Shown here: in pieces, positions 20,766-29,283 of the stretch
Layout of the letters: the number at the start of each line of letters is the position of its first letter
Numbering within the stretch: position 1 is the stretch's first letter
Source of the DNA: Arenicellales bacterium
Lineage (GTDB): Bacteria; Pseudomonadota; Gammaproteobacteria; Arenicellales; JAHEKD01
DNA length: 64,000 bases
Assembly (NCBI GenBank): GCA_965204695.1
Contig: OZ242007.1
Span: 296,480 to 360,479 of the forward strand
Direction of reading: 5' to 3'
Notes under the pieces: generated by a model
What the model saw: only the letters and a program-made list of their open reading frames with translations
Database searches by the model: none
Told to the model about the DNA's origin: nothing
Position numbers and translations under genes: made by a program

Positions 20766-21728
20766 ATGTCAGCAACGAAAGTTTTAATTCACTCCGAAGA
20801 ACCTGAACTGGCTTTAGAAGTTTTAAGTCAGATTCATCCGGATTTATCACCTGCGATTTGCACAAATTATTCAAATCTTGAAAATGACCTGAGGCAATTC
20901 AAACCTGAAATAGTGTTTACCTGCCGCTCAGAAACTCAAGTCTTCCCTAGAGAGGATTTACTTAATTGTGAATCCATCGCCTGGATTTCAAATGCCGGTT
21001 CAGGCATTAATCATATTTTGCCTTGGAACCCTGACAAAGTAACAGTCACAAACTCAGCCGGCGTCGCGGCAGATATGATGGCCGAATATGCACTGGGTAT
21101 GATGCTACATTTCTCTCTTAATATTCCAGCTTTACAAAAAGATCAACAAAACCATCACTGGCAGTATCGAACCGTTAGTCCAATATATGGCAAAACGTTG
21201 TTGATACTTGGCCTTGGTAAAACCGGACAAGCCATGGCCCAAAGAGCCAAAGCATTAGACATGAACATCATCGGTGTACGTGCCAGAGATATACCCACCA
21301 AAAACGTTGATCAAGTCTATGCAACCGAGCAATTACACACAGCTTTACCCCAAGCCGATTTCATTTTAGTCTGTATGCCGCTCTTAGACTCAACAAAAGG
21401 TTTAATCGGTGATACAGAGTTCTCGGCCATGAAAGATGATGTCGTACTCATTGACGTTTCTCGTGGCGGTATAGTCCAAGAAAAAACATTAATCAACGCT
21501 TTGGATAGCGGCAAACTCAAAGGTGCTGGGCTCGACGTTTTCGAAACCGAGCCGTTACCTGTTGATAATCCATTATGGAATTATCCCAATGTGCTCATCT
21601 CGCCTCACTGTTCCAGTGTCTATGATGGTTGGGAAAAACGTTCGGCCCAAATGTTTGCAGAAAACCTGACCCGCTGGAGAAGCGGAGAGCAGCTTAATAA
21701 CATTGTTGATCCTGAGCGTGGTTATTAA
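20766..21728 (+). CDS. D-2-hydroxyacid dehydrogenase family protein
   Basis: MAEYA, GLGKTG, DVSRGG, LDVFETEPL, SPHCS. Confidence 0.9.
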   Translation: MSATKVLIHSEEPELALEVLSQIHPDLSPAICTNYSNLENDLRQFKPEIVFTCRSETQVFPREDLLNCESIAWISNAGSGINHILPWNPDKVTVTNSAGVAADMMAEYALGMMLHFSLNIPALQKDQQNHHWQYRTVSPIYGKTLLILGLGKTGQAMAQRAKALDMNIIGVRARDIPTKNVDQVYATEQLHTALPQADFILVCMPLLDSTKGLIGDTEFSAMKDDVVLIDVSRGGIVQEKTLINALDSGKLKGAGLDVFETEPLPVDNPLWNYPNVLISPHCSSVYDGWEKRSAQMFAENLTRWRSGEQLNNIVDPERGY

Positions 21729-21766
21729 GCCCAAAGTGTTGTTGAACATCATAGGAAAATGCAAGA

Positions 21767-22405
21767 ATGTATAAACTTTACTACGCACTAAAGAGCGCAT
21801 CCATGGGTACCCGGGTAATGCTGGAGGAAATAGGAGCACCTTACGAATTAATTCAAACAACAGTTGATATGGACAAATCCCGACCACCTGACCAACTGGC
21901 GATCAACCCTAATGGTTGGGTGCCGGTTCTGATCTGGGATAATGGTGCAATGTATGAGTGTGCTGCAATCACCGTGTTTCTGTTCGATCGGCATCCAGAA
22001 GCTAATCTGGCTCCAACCATTGATGATCCGAAGCGAGCGCTTTACCTGCAGACATTGGTGTATTTCTCCAACTCTGTTCAAAACGCCTTTCAGCTTAATT
22101 ACTACCCTGACCGCTTTGCCGATACTCAAGCCGACGAGCCAAGTGCCCAGCGACGTGGCAACCGTCGACTTAAGGAAACCTGGAAAGTGATTGATGATCA
22201 AATCGGTGACAACGAATGGATGCTTGGTAATAAATTCAGCGCCGCTGATATTTATCTATTCATGTTAACCACCTGGCTGCGACCTGCTCGGGGCCACCCT
22301 GCCATCGACGAGTTTCCTAATGTTAAGCGCATTGCCGACCTGGTTGTACAGCGCCCAAGTGTTCAACTTGTTTATCAGCCTTGGATTGAAAATCCAAACT
22401 ACTAA
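21767..22405 (+). CDS. Glutathione S-transferase family protein
   Basis: INPNGWVPVL, ECAAI, FSAADIYL. Confidence 0.88.
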   Translation: MYKLYYALKSASMGTRVMLEEIGAPYELIQTTVDMDKSRPPDQLAINPNGWVPVLIWDNGAMYECAAITVFLFDRHPEANLAPTIDDPKRALYLQTLVYFSNSVQNAFQLNYYPDRFADTQADEPSAQRRGNRRLKETWKVIDDQIGDNEWMLGNKFSAADIYLFMLTTWLRPARGHPAIDEFPNVKRIADLVVQRPSVQLVYQPWIENPNY

Positions 22406-22427
22406 AGCTTGCAAATGATGTTGCCGT

Positions 22428-23462
22428 TCACTCCAAACGTTTAGAGACCTTAACAATTTGCTCCCAGGTTTGCTCAGGTAAAGAAATACCACTAGCACGA
22501 ATTTTTTCACGATAGTCACGCTCGCGTTCACCGGGAACTTCGACTTTATCAAAGCCAGGTGCAGGTGGACACTCGCGTAATTCGGTGAGAATTTGTTCCG
22601 CAATGGTTTGCATGGTGTGGGGTTCACGGTAGCGAGTAGTGTCCAGTGCAATCATTAACCAGCTTCCCTCAGTGGATACTGGTCCTAACATGGCTTCTGC
22701 TATTATTTCTGCAACTACAGCCAATGCGTAACCCTTAGGACCACCAGACGGCAGTATGGCACCACCACGAAAGTAATCTTCCGGATCACGACTGATCTTT
22801 CCTTCTGGGTTCATTAAGGCATTGTCAGGCAAAAGAGCACCCGCACTACGTGCGGCATAAATCCAGCCGCCGGCAATTTTGGAAGTGGCGAAATCTAAAA
22901 CTACCGGTCCGTGTTCTCCGCCCGGTATACCGATACTGTATGGATTGGTTGGCAAGATCGCTTTGCGTCCACCGTAGGGTACAACCTGGCGCCAATTTAC
23001 ACGCCCCCCACCACCAATGATAATTGCCAGCATTCCTTTGTTTGCTGCCTGCTCAGCAAAAGTACCTATTCGACCTGTATGGCCAACGTTGCGAATCGGT
23101 ATTGCAGCAATACCGTTTTGTTTGGCCTGCTGACACACCTGATCAGTGGCAATAGACATAGCGGGGATACCAATACCACCATTGCCATCTACTTCAATAG
23201 CGCCGAATTTGTTGGTCACAATTTCAGGCTCAACATCGGCACGCATATAACCACTTTCGAATTGCTCAACATATTGAAGCGTTCGCATCAGGCCATGTGA
23301 TTCCACGCCACAAAGGTTTGAATCAGCCAAGTGGTCTGCTACTTCTTTAGCAATCTTCTGTGAACAGCCAACACCTTTGAATATGCTTGTCACAAGCACG
23401 ACAACTTCATCTACTGCGACTGTGACTCGTTCACCTTTGAGTTCTAGTTTGCTGCGCACCAT
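22428..23462 (-). CDS. Ldh_2-family (type 2 malate/lactate/ureidoglycolate dehydrogenase-like) oxidoreductase
   Basis: GVESHG, HTGRIG, TNPYS, LDFATS, KGYAL, VPGE. Confidence 0.88.
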   Translation of the reverse strand: MVRSKLELKGERVTVAVDEVVVLVTSIFKGVGCSQKIAKEVADHLADSNLCGVESHGLMRTLQYVEQFESGYMRADVEPEIVTNKFGAIEVDGNGGIGIPAMSIATDQVCQQAKQNGIAAIPIRNVGHTGRIGTFAEQAANKGMLAIIIGGGGRVNWRQVVPYGGRKAILPTNPYSIGIPGGEHGPVVLDFATSKIAGGWIYAARSAGALLPDNALMNPEGKISRDPEDYFRGGAILPSGGPKGYALAVVAEIIAEAMLGPVSTEGSWLMIALDTTRYREPHTMQTIAEQILTELRECPPAPGFDKVEVPGERERDYREKIRASGISLPEQTWEQIVKVSKRLE

Positions 23463-23746
23463 AGTTTTTCAAGTTTGATTTGTTGTCAACCTCAGAAGAT
23501 TCTCACATTTATCCTAGTTTGCGAAGGGTGCTAAAACGTCTCAATATATGGATTCCTACTCAACGGTTATAGTTGAGAGGTTAATCCAACAACATTTTTT
23601 TGAGGAGCCAATACGATGAAAAATGAAGGGTATCGCCCAATACCATCAAGACATCAAAACCCTAAGATACGCACATATCGTTCATCTAGCATCTGTCATG
23701 TTGCTTTAAATCACGAGTCCTTATACACGATGATGGCAACCCAAGA

Positions 23747-24199
23747 TCACAATTGTACCGAACTCAATCCCTGCTCTTGCCAATTCTGGTAAGTCGACAT
23801 CCGCAGCCCGATTCGGTCATAATACACTGCATAATAACCACCTTCCATTAGTGTCACTGCATCCGGACGATTTTCCATAACATCCTGAGCCATCACACCG
23901 ACATATTCAGTCTTGGTCACATCGCTAATATACCTAAATCGATATAATGGATAACCTTGCTCCGACTGACATAGATAATGAATATCCGTCTTGAGACGTT
24001 GATCCGACGGAGGTGGCGGTGGTCCACCAGAAATCTGTGCCCAAGCACTGTCCTTGGCTAGCAAGGTAATCATCGCTGGTGGTGTATATTTCACCAATTT
24101 CTCTAATGCTTCTCGACGGTCAAAGTCCATAGGCCCACCATCTTGTGACGCATCAATATCAAGTATATCCTTGGTTTGCCGTGTCTGTTTGCTACTCAT
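23747..24199 (-). CDS. Twin-Arg/YTPP leader and Gly-Pro core fused to a Peptidase_S74 (intramolecular chaperone auto-processing) domain
   Basis: DRREALEKLVKYTPPAMITLL...AWA-QISGGPPPPP-SDQRLKTDI...LYRFRY...GVMAQDV...PDAV...YYAVYY; AAGGA RBS. Confidence 0.8.
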   Translation of the reverse strand: MSSKQTRQTKDILDIDASQDGGPMDFDRREALEKLVKYTPPAMITLLAKDSAWAQISGGPPPPPSDQRLKTDIHYLCQSEQGYPLYRFRYISDVTKTEYVGVMAQDVMENRPDAVTLMEGGYYAVYYDRIGLRMSTYQNWQEQGLSSVQL

Positions 24200-24348
24200 T
24201 GTGTTTCCTTTAACTTGATTTATCTCTTAATGGTCAAGCAACAAATTTGCCATCCTGAGGCACTGCTAAGTGCCGTGAGGAAATCCTAATCGCTGCTCGG
24301 GCATTGACCGTAGTCACTGCCTCATTTGAACTGAAAGCCAGATCATGA

Positions 24349-24376
24349 AGATTTCTCCACTGCGGTCGAAATGACA
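24349..24376. repeat. REP-like palindrome
   Basis: AGATTTCTCCACTGCGGTCGAAATGACA directly after the stop of the large gene; GTCAT...ATCT-bounded type. Confidence 0.55.
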
Positions 24377-24384
24377 GAGGAGTG

Positions 24385-27213
24385 TCACTTCGGCCTTGCC
24401 AAATACACCCATTTAAAACGGTGTTCGGTGCTGAGAGTGGTAAATGTATAGGTCTGTAATTGACCTCGGCTAAGTACACTTACCGTTCGGCCGCTTTCGA
24501 CATCCACCAATCTCATCCGCCAAAAACGCCTCGTCTTGTAATTCCCTTCCCAACTCAATGTTACTTCTCGGCCAATTTTGTCACTCTTAACTATGAACTC
24601 CCATTCCTCTCCTTTGCGCCAATATTTGCGCTTTCTTAGGTCAGAGGCATAGTCTCCCGAATCAGTGCCCCAGCCATCTTGTGGAAATACAATGGTTAAA
24701 TACGGATTACTGAAGGGTGGTAATTCTTTTAAATCACGTCGATCTTTACCGTCTTGGCTGTCGCTATACCAGCCCAGGTAGTTATGTTTATCTACCATGC
24801 CGCCGTCCTCGTCTGATTCGGCCTGCAGGCGTACCCACCATTCTCCGTATTTTAAACTGGTATCTTGCGCAGCTTCCGCCACATTAATCCACGATAACCA
24901 CCAGGGCATGTCATCCAGAGTTGACTCTGTCATCCCGGCCGTAGTGGAGGGATCTTTCTTCAAGCCCGTTTCAACGTTCATTTTGGAAAAGAGTGAGGCA
25001 ACTGAAGGAATGGAATAATTCGAGACGTCGGTGGATCTCCTAAATACAGCTCGAGCTTTTGTAAATATTTCAGCTATCAAAGAGCTCTCTTCGTCCGCTT
25101 CTGTCTCAATTGAAGCTGCCGCTGGTGGAGCAATAGGTGATGCCACACAAGCTGGACTATCACTCACCGGCCCTTTGGGGATCAACAAGGTGACATCCTG
25201 TCCCTCGCTATTATTCAGGGTCTGTACCCAATAACCCTTGTAAGCTTCAAATACGGCCACATCCATCGGACTTCCCGTGCTCAATGCCGTATAGCCGGCA
25301 TCATAGTTCCAAAATGTATCGGTCAATAATAACTGGTTTTGTGCCTGTTCAGGATCACAAACCTGGTTGCCATTAACCACAATACGGATATTTTTCCAAT
25401 TTACATCGTTGGTGAACGGATGGCTGATTAAGTTGAATTTACCGTCACCTTCTACCAGGTCAATCTCAAAACAGCCTAAATTAGACGGACAGTTAGGATC
25501 GGCAGTATCAACCGGTGTGTCAGCACCATCCGGAATGAATTCAAGGTCTACACCTGTTCTCTGTAACACCCAATAGCCTTTGCCTTGTTCCAAGGTGTCT
25601 GACAAAGCCATCATCACGTACGAATCGGTGCTTTCGTCACGTTTATACACCACCCAATTTATGTTGTAATCAGTACTGGCTAATCCAGTTGGAGTCGTGG
25701 TGCCAAATACGTCCTCAACCGTTTTTGAGGGCGCATCTTTAGATAACCCCACCATGGTCCAGCGGTTATTCTTTAAAGTAACTGGTTCACCTGTCAGGTC
25801 CAATGCACCGACTTCAAATGCGCCGATATCACATGAACCATCGAAACGTAAAAAACCGCGTTGGTCGGTGGTTTCACACACGGCATTATTGGCTGTTGGC
25901 GCATCAATGGCTGGGGAACCATCCAGCAAGGCATGAGTATGAGTCGGACCGCCATTGTCTTGCAAGGGGCCAAGTTTGGCATCCGCAACTACGGTTGCAC
26001 CACCACAAGCTGTGGTGGCGATATTGTCAGCACCTGCGAATAGTGTGCCAAACACAGAGCAATCGGCATTAAGCGGACTGACCGTTGCAACATTATCAGC
26101 AATAATACTGTTACGAGACGATAACACACGACCAGACGCCACATACACTCCACCTCCTGCTCTATTTAACGCATTACCTGTGACTGCCGTGTTGCCGGTC
26201 ACCGTACTGTTAGTCAGTGAGATCGCGCCGGGGTTATTGGCGACTCGCAGTCCCCCGCCCAAGTATTTTGCTGTATTTCCTGATACCGTGCTGTTGTATA
26301 AATCAACAGTTGCACTGATGGCAAAAACACCGCCTCCGCTGCTAGCGTAATTTCCGCTGATCAAGCTCTCTCTGACAACAGTTCTTGAATAATTAGAATA
26401 AATACCACCCCCGGCATTACTCGTACTTACATTATCTGAAATAACACTGTTTTCGATTAGAGTGGGCGTAAGAAAATTAGTGATGCCGTTTTTGACATTG
26501 CCGCTGACCACACTGTTATTCAGTGTCAGTGTATTGCTGCGAATAGCATGAATACCGCCGCTGAAACGCGCCGAGACATTATTAGACACCGTCGTATTAT
26601 TCAGATGCATACTGGCACCATTAGTCAATGACAGTCCACCACCGCCATCAATTCGGGGTGTCGCTATCGTTACACCGGTAGTGGTATTGCCCGTCACCGT
26701 GCAGTCATTCAAATTGACAGTGCCGCCGCTAGAGGCCACACCACCGCCGTCAGTGGCCACCAATCCACCGGTAATCGTTAACTGATTTAAAGTAACTGTC
26801 GCACCCGCCCCCACATACATCACTCGTGAAACTTGATTGCCGTCGATAGTTGTATTTTCTCCTCCATCGTTGATCGTCACACTTTTGGTGACGCTTAATT
26901 GCCCCTGGGTGGTATCAATGGTATTGCCTGCCACACCCGCTCCAAAACTAATTGCATCATTAGTGCCCAGGGCATTTATACTTTCGTTAGGGAAACAGCC
27001 GTTTTCCAATATAAATCCAGCATTGATAGTATCTATAGCTTCACGAAGCGTGCAGGTTGTGTCTGTTGCTGTTGAAACATCGCCGGTCGAATTCACCTCA
27101 ATTGTCGCTGCATGCGCCGCCTGAAACGCCAATGCCTGAGCAATCGCCAAGCTGAGCAATTTAGGTTTGAGTGTGTTTACCCCAGATTTACTTTCATTCC
27201 GCTTGTTTACCAT
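24385..27213 (-). CDS. Large secreted CSLREA / right-handed beta-helix / choice-of-anchor Q domain protein with an extended C-terminal region
   Basis: KPKLLSLAIA...AHA signal; CTLREAI; GGG(I/V)...NxTVSGN repeats; LGPLQDNGGPTHTHAL...SPAIDA...DQRG...CDIGAFE. ATG 27213 has an AAGGA RBS. Confidence 0.82.
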   Translation of the reverse strand: MVNKRNESKSGVNTLKPKLLSLAIAQALAFQAAHAATIEVNSTGDVSTATDTTCTLREAIDTINAGFILENGCFPNESINALGTNDAISFGAGVAGNTIDTTQGQLSVTKSVTINDGGENTTIDGNQVSRVMYVGAGATVTLNQLTITGGLVATDGGGVASSGGTVNLNDCTVTGNTTTGVTIATPRIDGGGGLSLTNGASMHLNNTTVSNNVSARFSGGIHAIRSNTLTLNNSVVSGNVKNGITNFLTPTLIENSVISDNVSTSNAGGGIYSNYSRTVVRESLISGNYASSGGGVFAISATVDLYNSTVSGNTAKYLGGGLRVANNPGAISLTNSTVTGNTAVTGNALNRAGGGVYVASGRVLSSRNSIIADNVATVSPLNADCSVFGTLFAGADNIATTACGGATVVADAKLGPLQDNGGPTHTHALLDGSPAIDAPTANNAVCETTDQRGFLRFDGSCDIGAFEVGALDLTGEPVTLKNNRWTMVGLSKDAPSKTVEDVFGTTTPTGLASTDYNINWVVYKRDESTDSYVMMALSDTLEQGKGYWVLQRTGVDLEFIPDGADTPVDTADPNCPSNLGCFEIDLVEGDGKFNLISHPFTNDVNWKNIRIVVNGNQVCDPEQAQNQLLLTDTFWNYDAGYTALSTGSPMDVAVFEAYKGYWVQTLNNSEGQDVTLLIPKGPVSDSPACVASPIAPPAAASIETEADEESSLIAEIFTKARAVFRRSTDVSNYSIPSVASLFSKMNVETGLKKDPSTTAGMTESTLDDMPWWLSWINVAEAAQDTSLKYGEWWVRLQAESDEDGGMVDKHNYLGWYSDSQDGKDRRDLKELPPFSNPYLTIVFPQDGWGTDSGDYASDLRKRKYWRKGEEWEFIVKSDKIGREVTLSWEGNYKTRRFWRMRLVDVESGRTVSVLSRGQLQTYTFTTLSTEHRFKWVYLARPK

Positions 27214-27267
27214 AGTCCTTATTCCCATATTAATCGTCTATGCCTACCCCTCTTCCTCTTTGATTAA

Positions 27268-27313
27268 ATCCCGAGCAGCATTTGGGAGATCCCTAGGCTG
27301 TGCTCGGGATGAC
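27268..27313. repeat. REP-like palindrome
   Basis: Revcomp of 27287-27313 (GTCATCCCGAGCACAGCCTAGGGATCT) is 24/27 identical to 50613-50639. Confidence 0.65.
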
Positions 27314-27586
27314 TGGCCCGAACAGTGTTCACCAGATCCCCGTTTTCGCGTGGATAAGCGCGGGATAATTTTTTTACTGTTACTACCCTATTGAATTAAA
27401 AAACCGCGTCAATCATCCATTAGTATGATTGTGTAAGCGGTAAAATAAATGGGTGAAAGACGACTAAAATTGAAATAATCCTTATATTACAAAGGATTAG
27501 AATGGATTTTAGAACTAGAATCGAGAAATATTAAGGAGATTCTCGCACGCCGCTACTCTGACAGAATAGAAGCGTAATTCTCTTAT

Positions 27587-28387
27587 TCAAGTAAATCCGA
27601 GCACATTTTGCATATTATAAAGCCCTGGTTGATTTTGCTTTGCCAGCCACCTGGCAGCTCGCAAGGCCCCATTAGCATAAATATTACGATTTGATGCTTT
27701 GTGAGTGATCTCGATCCGTTCTCCGTCCAAAACAAACATGGCTGTGTGCTCACCAACAATATCACCCGCCCTAATTACTGAGAAGCCAATTTGCCCGGCC
27801 TGCCTTTCTCCAGTATGACCATGACGACTAAATACACCATGCTGATCGAGATTACGATCTAATTCCTGGGCAATGACATGACCCATTGCCAAAGCCGTAC
27901 CTGAGGGCGCATCGACTTTGTGCTTGTGATGAGCCTCAATAATTTCAATATCTGCATCCTGGCCAATAGCCTGGGCAGTTAGCTGCATCAATTTAAAAGA
28001 CAAATTCACCCCGGCACTCATATTCGCGGCCAGCATGATTTTTATTGAGTTAGCAGCTTGTTTGAATTTGGCCAGTTGTTGGTTGCTAAATCCTGTTGTT
28101 CCAACAACCAAAGACTTATTACAATCCAGGCAATGCTCAAGATAATCCATAGTCGCTTCAGGGCGAGTAAAATCGATCAAGACATCAAAATCAGATTGCG
28201 AGATATCTGCCACTACGGTGATACCAGTCGGATCATGACCAACCATCTGAGCAGCATCATAACCCAGAACATCGCTTTGTGGGTGATCAAATGCGGCTGA
28301 TAGCTGCAAATCCTTACTGCCTAAAACTGCTTGAATTAAGGTATTTCCCATTCGACCTGAAGTGCCGCTGATTGCGATATTGATCAT
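27587..28387 (-). CDS. dapB: 4-hydroxy-tetrahydrodipicolinate reductase
   Basis: GTSGRMG, IDFTRP, GTTG, EAHHKHKVDAPSGTA, RAGDIVGEH. Confidence 0.96.
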   Translation of the reverse strand: MINIAISGTSGRMGNTLIQAVLGSKDLQLSAAFDHPQSDVLGYDAAQMVGHDPTGITVVADISQSDFDVLIDFTRPEATMDYLEHCLDCNKSLVVGTTGFSNQQLAKFKQAANSIKIMLAANMSAGVNLSFKLMQLTAQAIGQDADIEIIEAHHKHKVDAPSGTALAMGHVIAQELDRNLDQHGVFSRHGHTGERQAGQIGFSVIRAGDIVGEHTAMFVLDGERIEITHKASNRNIYANGALRAARWLAKQNQPGLYNMQNVLGFT

Positions 28388-28429
28388 GTGTTATTCTCCG
28401 AACTTAGCTGTTTAATTATAAATCCAAGC

Positions 28430-29095
28430 ATGAGTTTTGACGTACAAATTTCTCAAATTGAGTCGTTATCAATTGCCCAGGCAAAAATTATTCAAAATGA
28501 TCTTGCCAAACAAACTCGATTAACCGATGAGTTTGGTGAAATAAAGACTATTGCTGGCCTTGATGTAGGGTTTACAGACAACAATCGGATCGCTGTTGGT
28601 GGAATTGTAATATTGAGTTTTCCAACTTTTGAAATGATAGAACAACAAACTAGCCGACGTAAAGTTGTATTTCCTTATGCACCTGGCTTTTTGTCTTTTC
28701 GGGAGGTCCCAGTATTATTGGAAGCCTTCTATCACTTAAGCAATAAGCCTGATTTATTAATTTGCGATGGGCAAGGTATCGCTCACCCGCGTAGATTTGG
28801 TTTAGCCTGTCACTTGGGAACGATCTTGGATATCCCTTCTATTGGCGCAGCTAAATCAAGGCTAATTGGAAAATATACAGAACCATCGCATGACAAAGGC
28901 TCCTCGTCTCACTTGGTCGACAAAGACGAGCAAATTGGTACCGTATTACGTACAAGATTAAACACTAAACCTTTATTTGTTTCACCTGGACATCGAATCT
29001 CATTCGATTCTGCCAATAAGTGGGTCTTAAACTGCTGCCCTAAGTTTCGTCTTCCTGAAACCACTCGGCATGCTCATAAATTAGTTTCAGGATAA
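28430..29095 (+). CDS. nfi: Endonuclease V
   Basis: AGLDV, PYAPGFLSFRE, DGQGIAHPRRFGLACHLG, KPLFVSPGH, RLPETTR. Confidence 0.95.
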   Translation: MSFDVQISQIESLSIAQAKIIQNDLAKQTRLTDEFGEIKTIAGLDVGFTDNNRIAVGGIVILSFPTFEMIEQQTSRRKVVFPYAPGFLSFREVPVLLEAFYHLSNKPDLLICDGQGIAHPRRFGLACHLGTILDIPSIGAAKSRLIGKYTEPSHDKGSSSHLVDKDEQIGTVLRTRLNTKPLFVSPGHRISFDSANKWVLNCCPKFRLPETTRHAHKLVSG

Positions 29096-29170
29096 ATAGA
29101 TTCCCCCGCTGTAAACGGCCGGGTATCAATTTTGTTTTGCATGTTATACCGTGGCAAACCGTAGGGAATT
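29095..29170. repeat. Repeat family B, copy 2
   Basis: AATAGATTCCCCCGC...GGCCGGGTA plus TTTGCATGTTATACCGTGGCAAACC, the revcomp of the motif at ~14699-14723. Confidence 0.6.
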
Positions 29171-29283
29171 TGATCATCGTTAACGATTAAATCTTGTTAA
29201 TGAATTGATTGTTTACAATTCAGATGTTTAATTAACCGCTTTAATACATATAATAAATGCATCACTAATATTTAATTTAAGCA

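Noticed and set aside
24234-24479. 81-aa minus-strand ORF between the CSLREA and S74 genes
   Set aside because: It overlaps the large gene out of frame, and its LSFRPQWRNL segment is simply the translated REP palindrome.
24797-27124. Many plus-strand ORFs opposite the CSLREA gene
   Set aside because: Antisense shadows produced by Gly/Asn/Thr-rich repetitive coding sequence.
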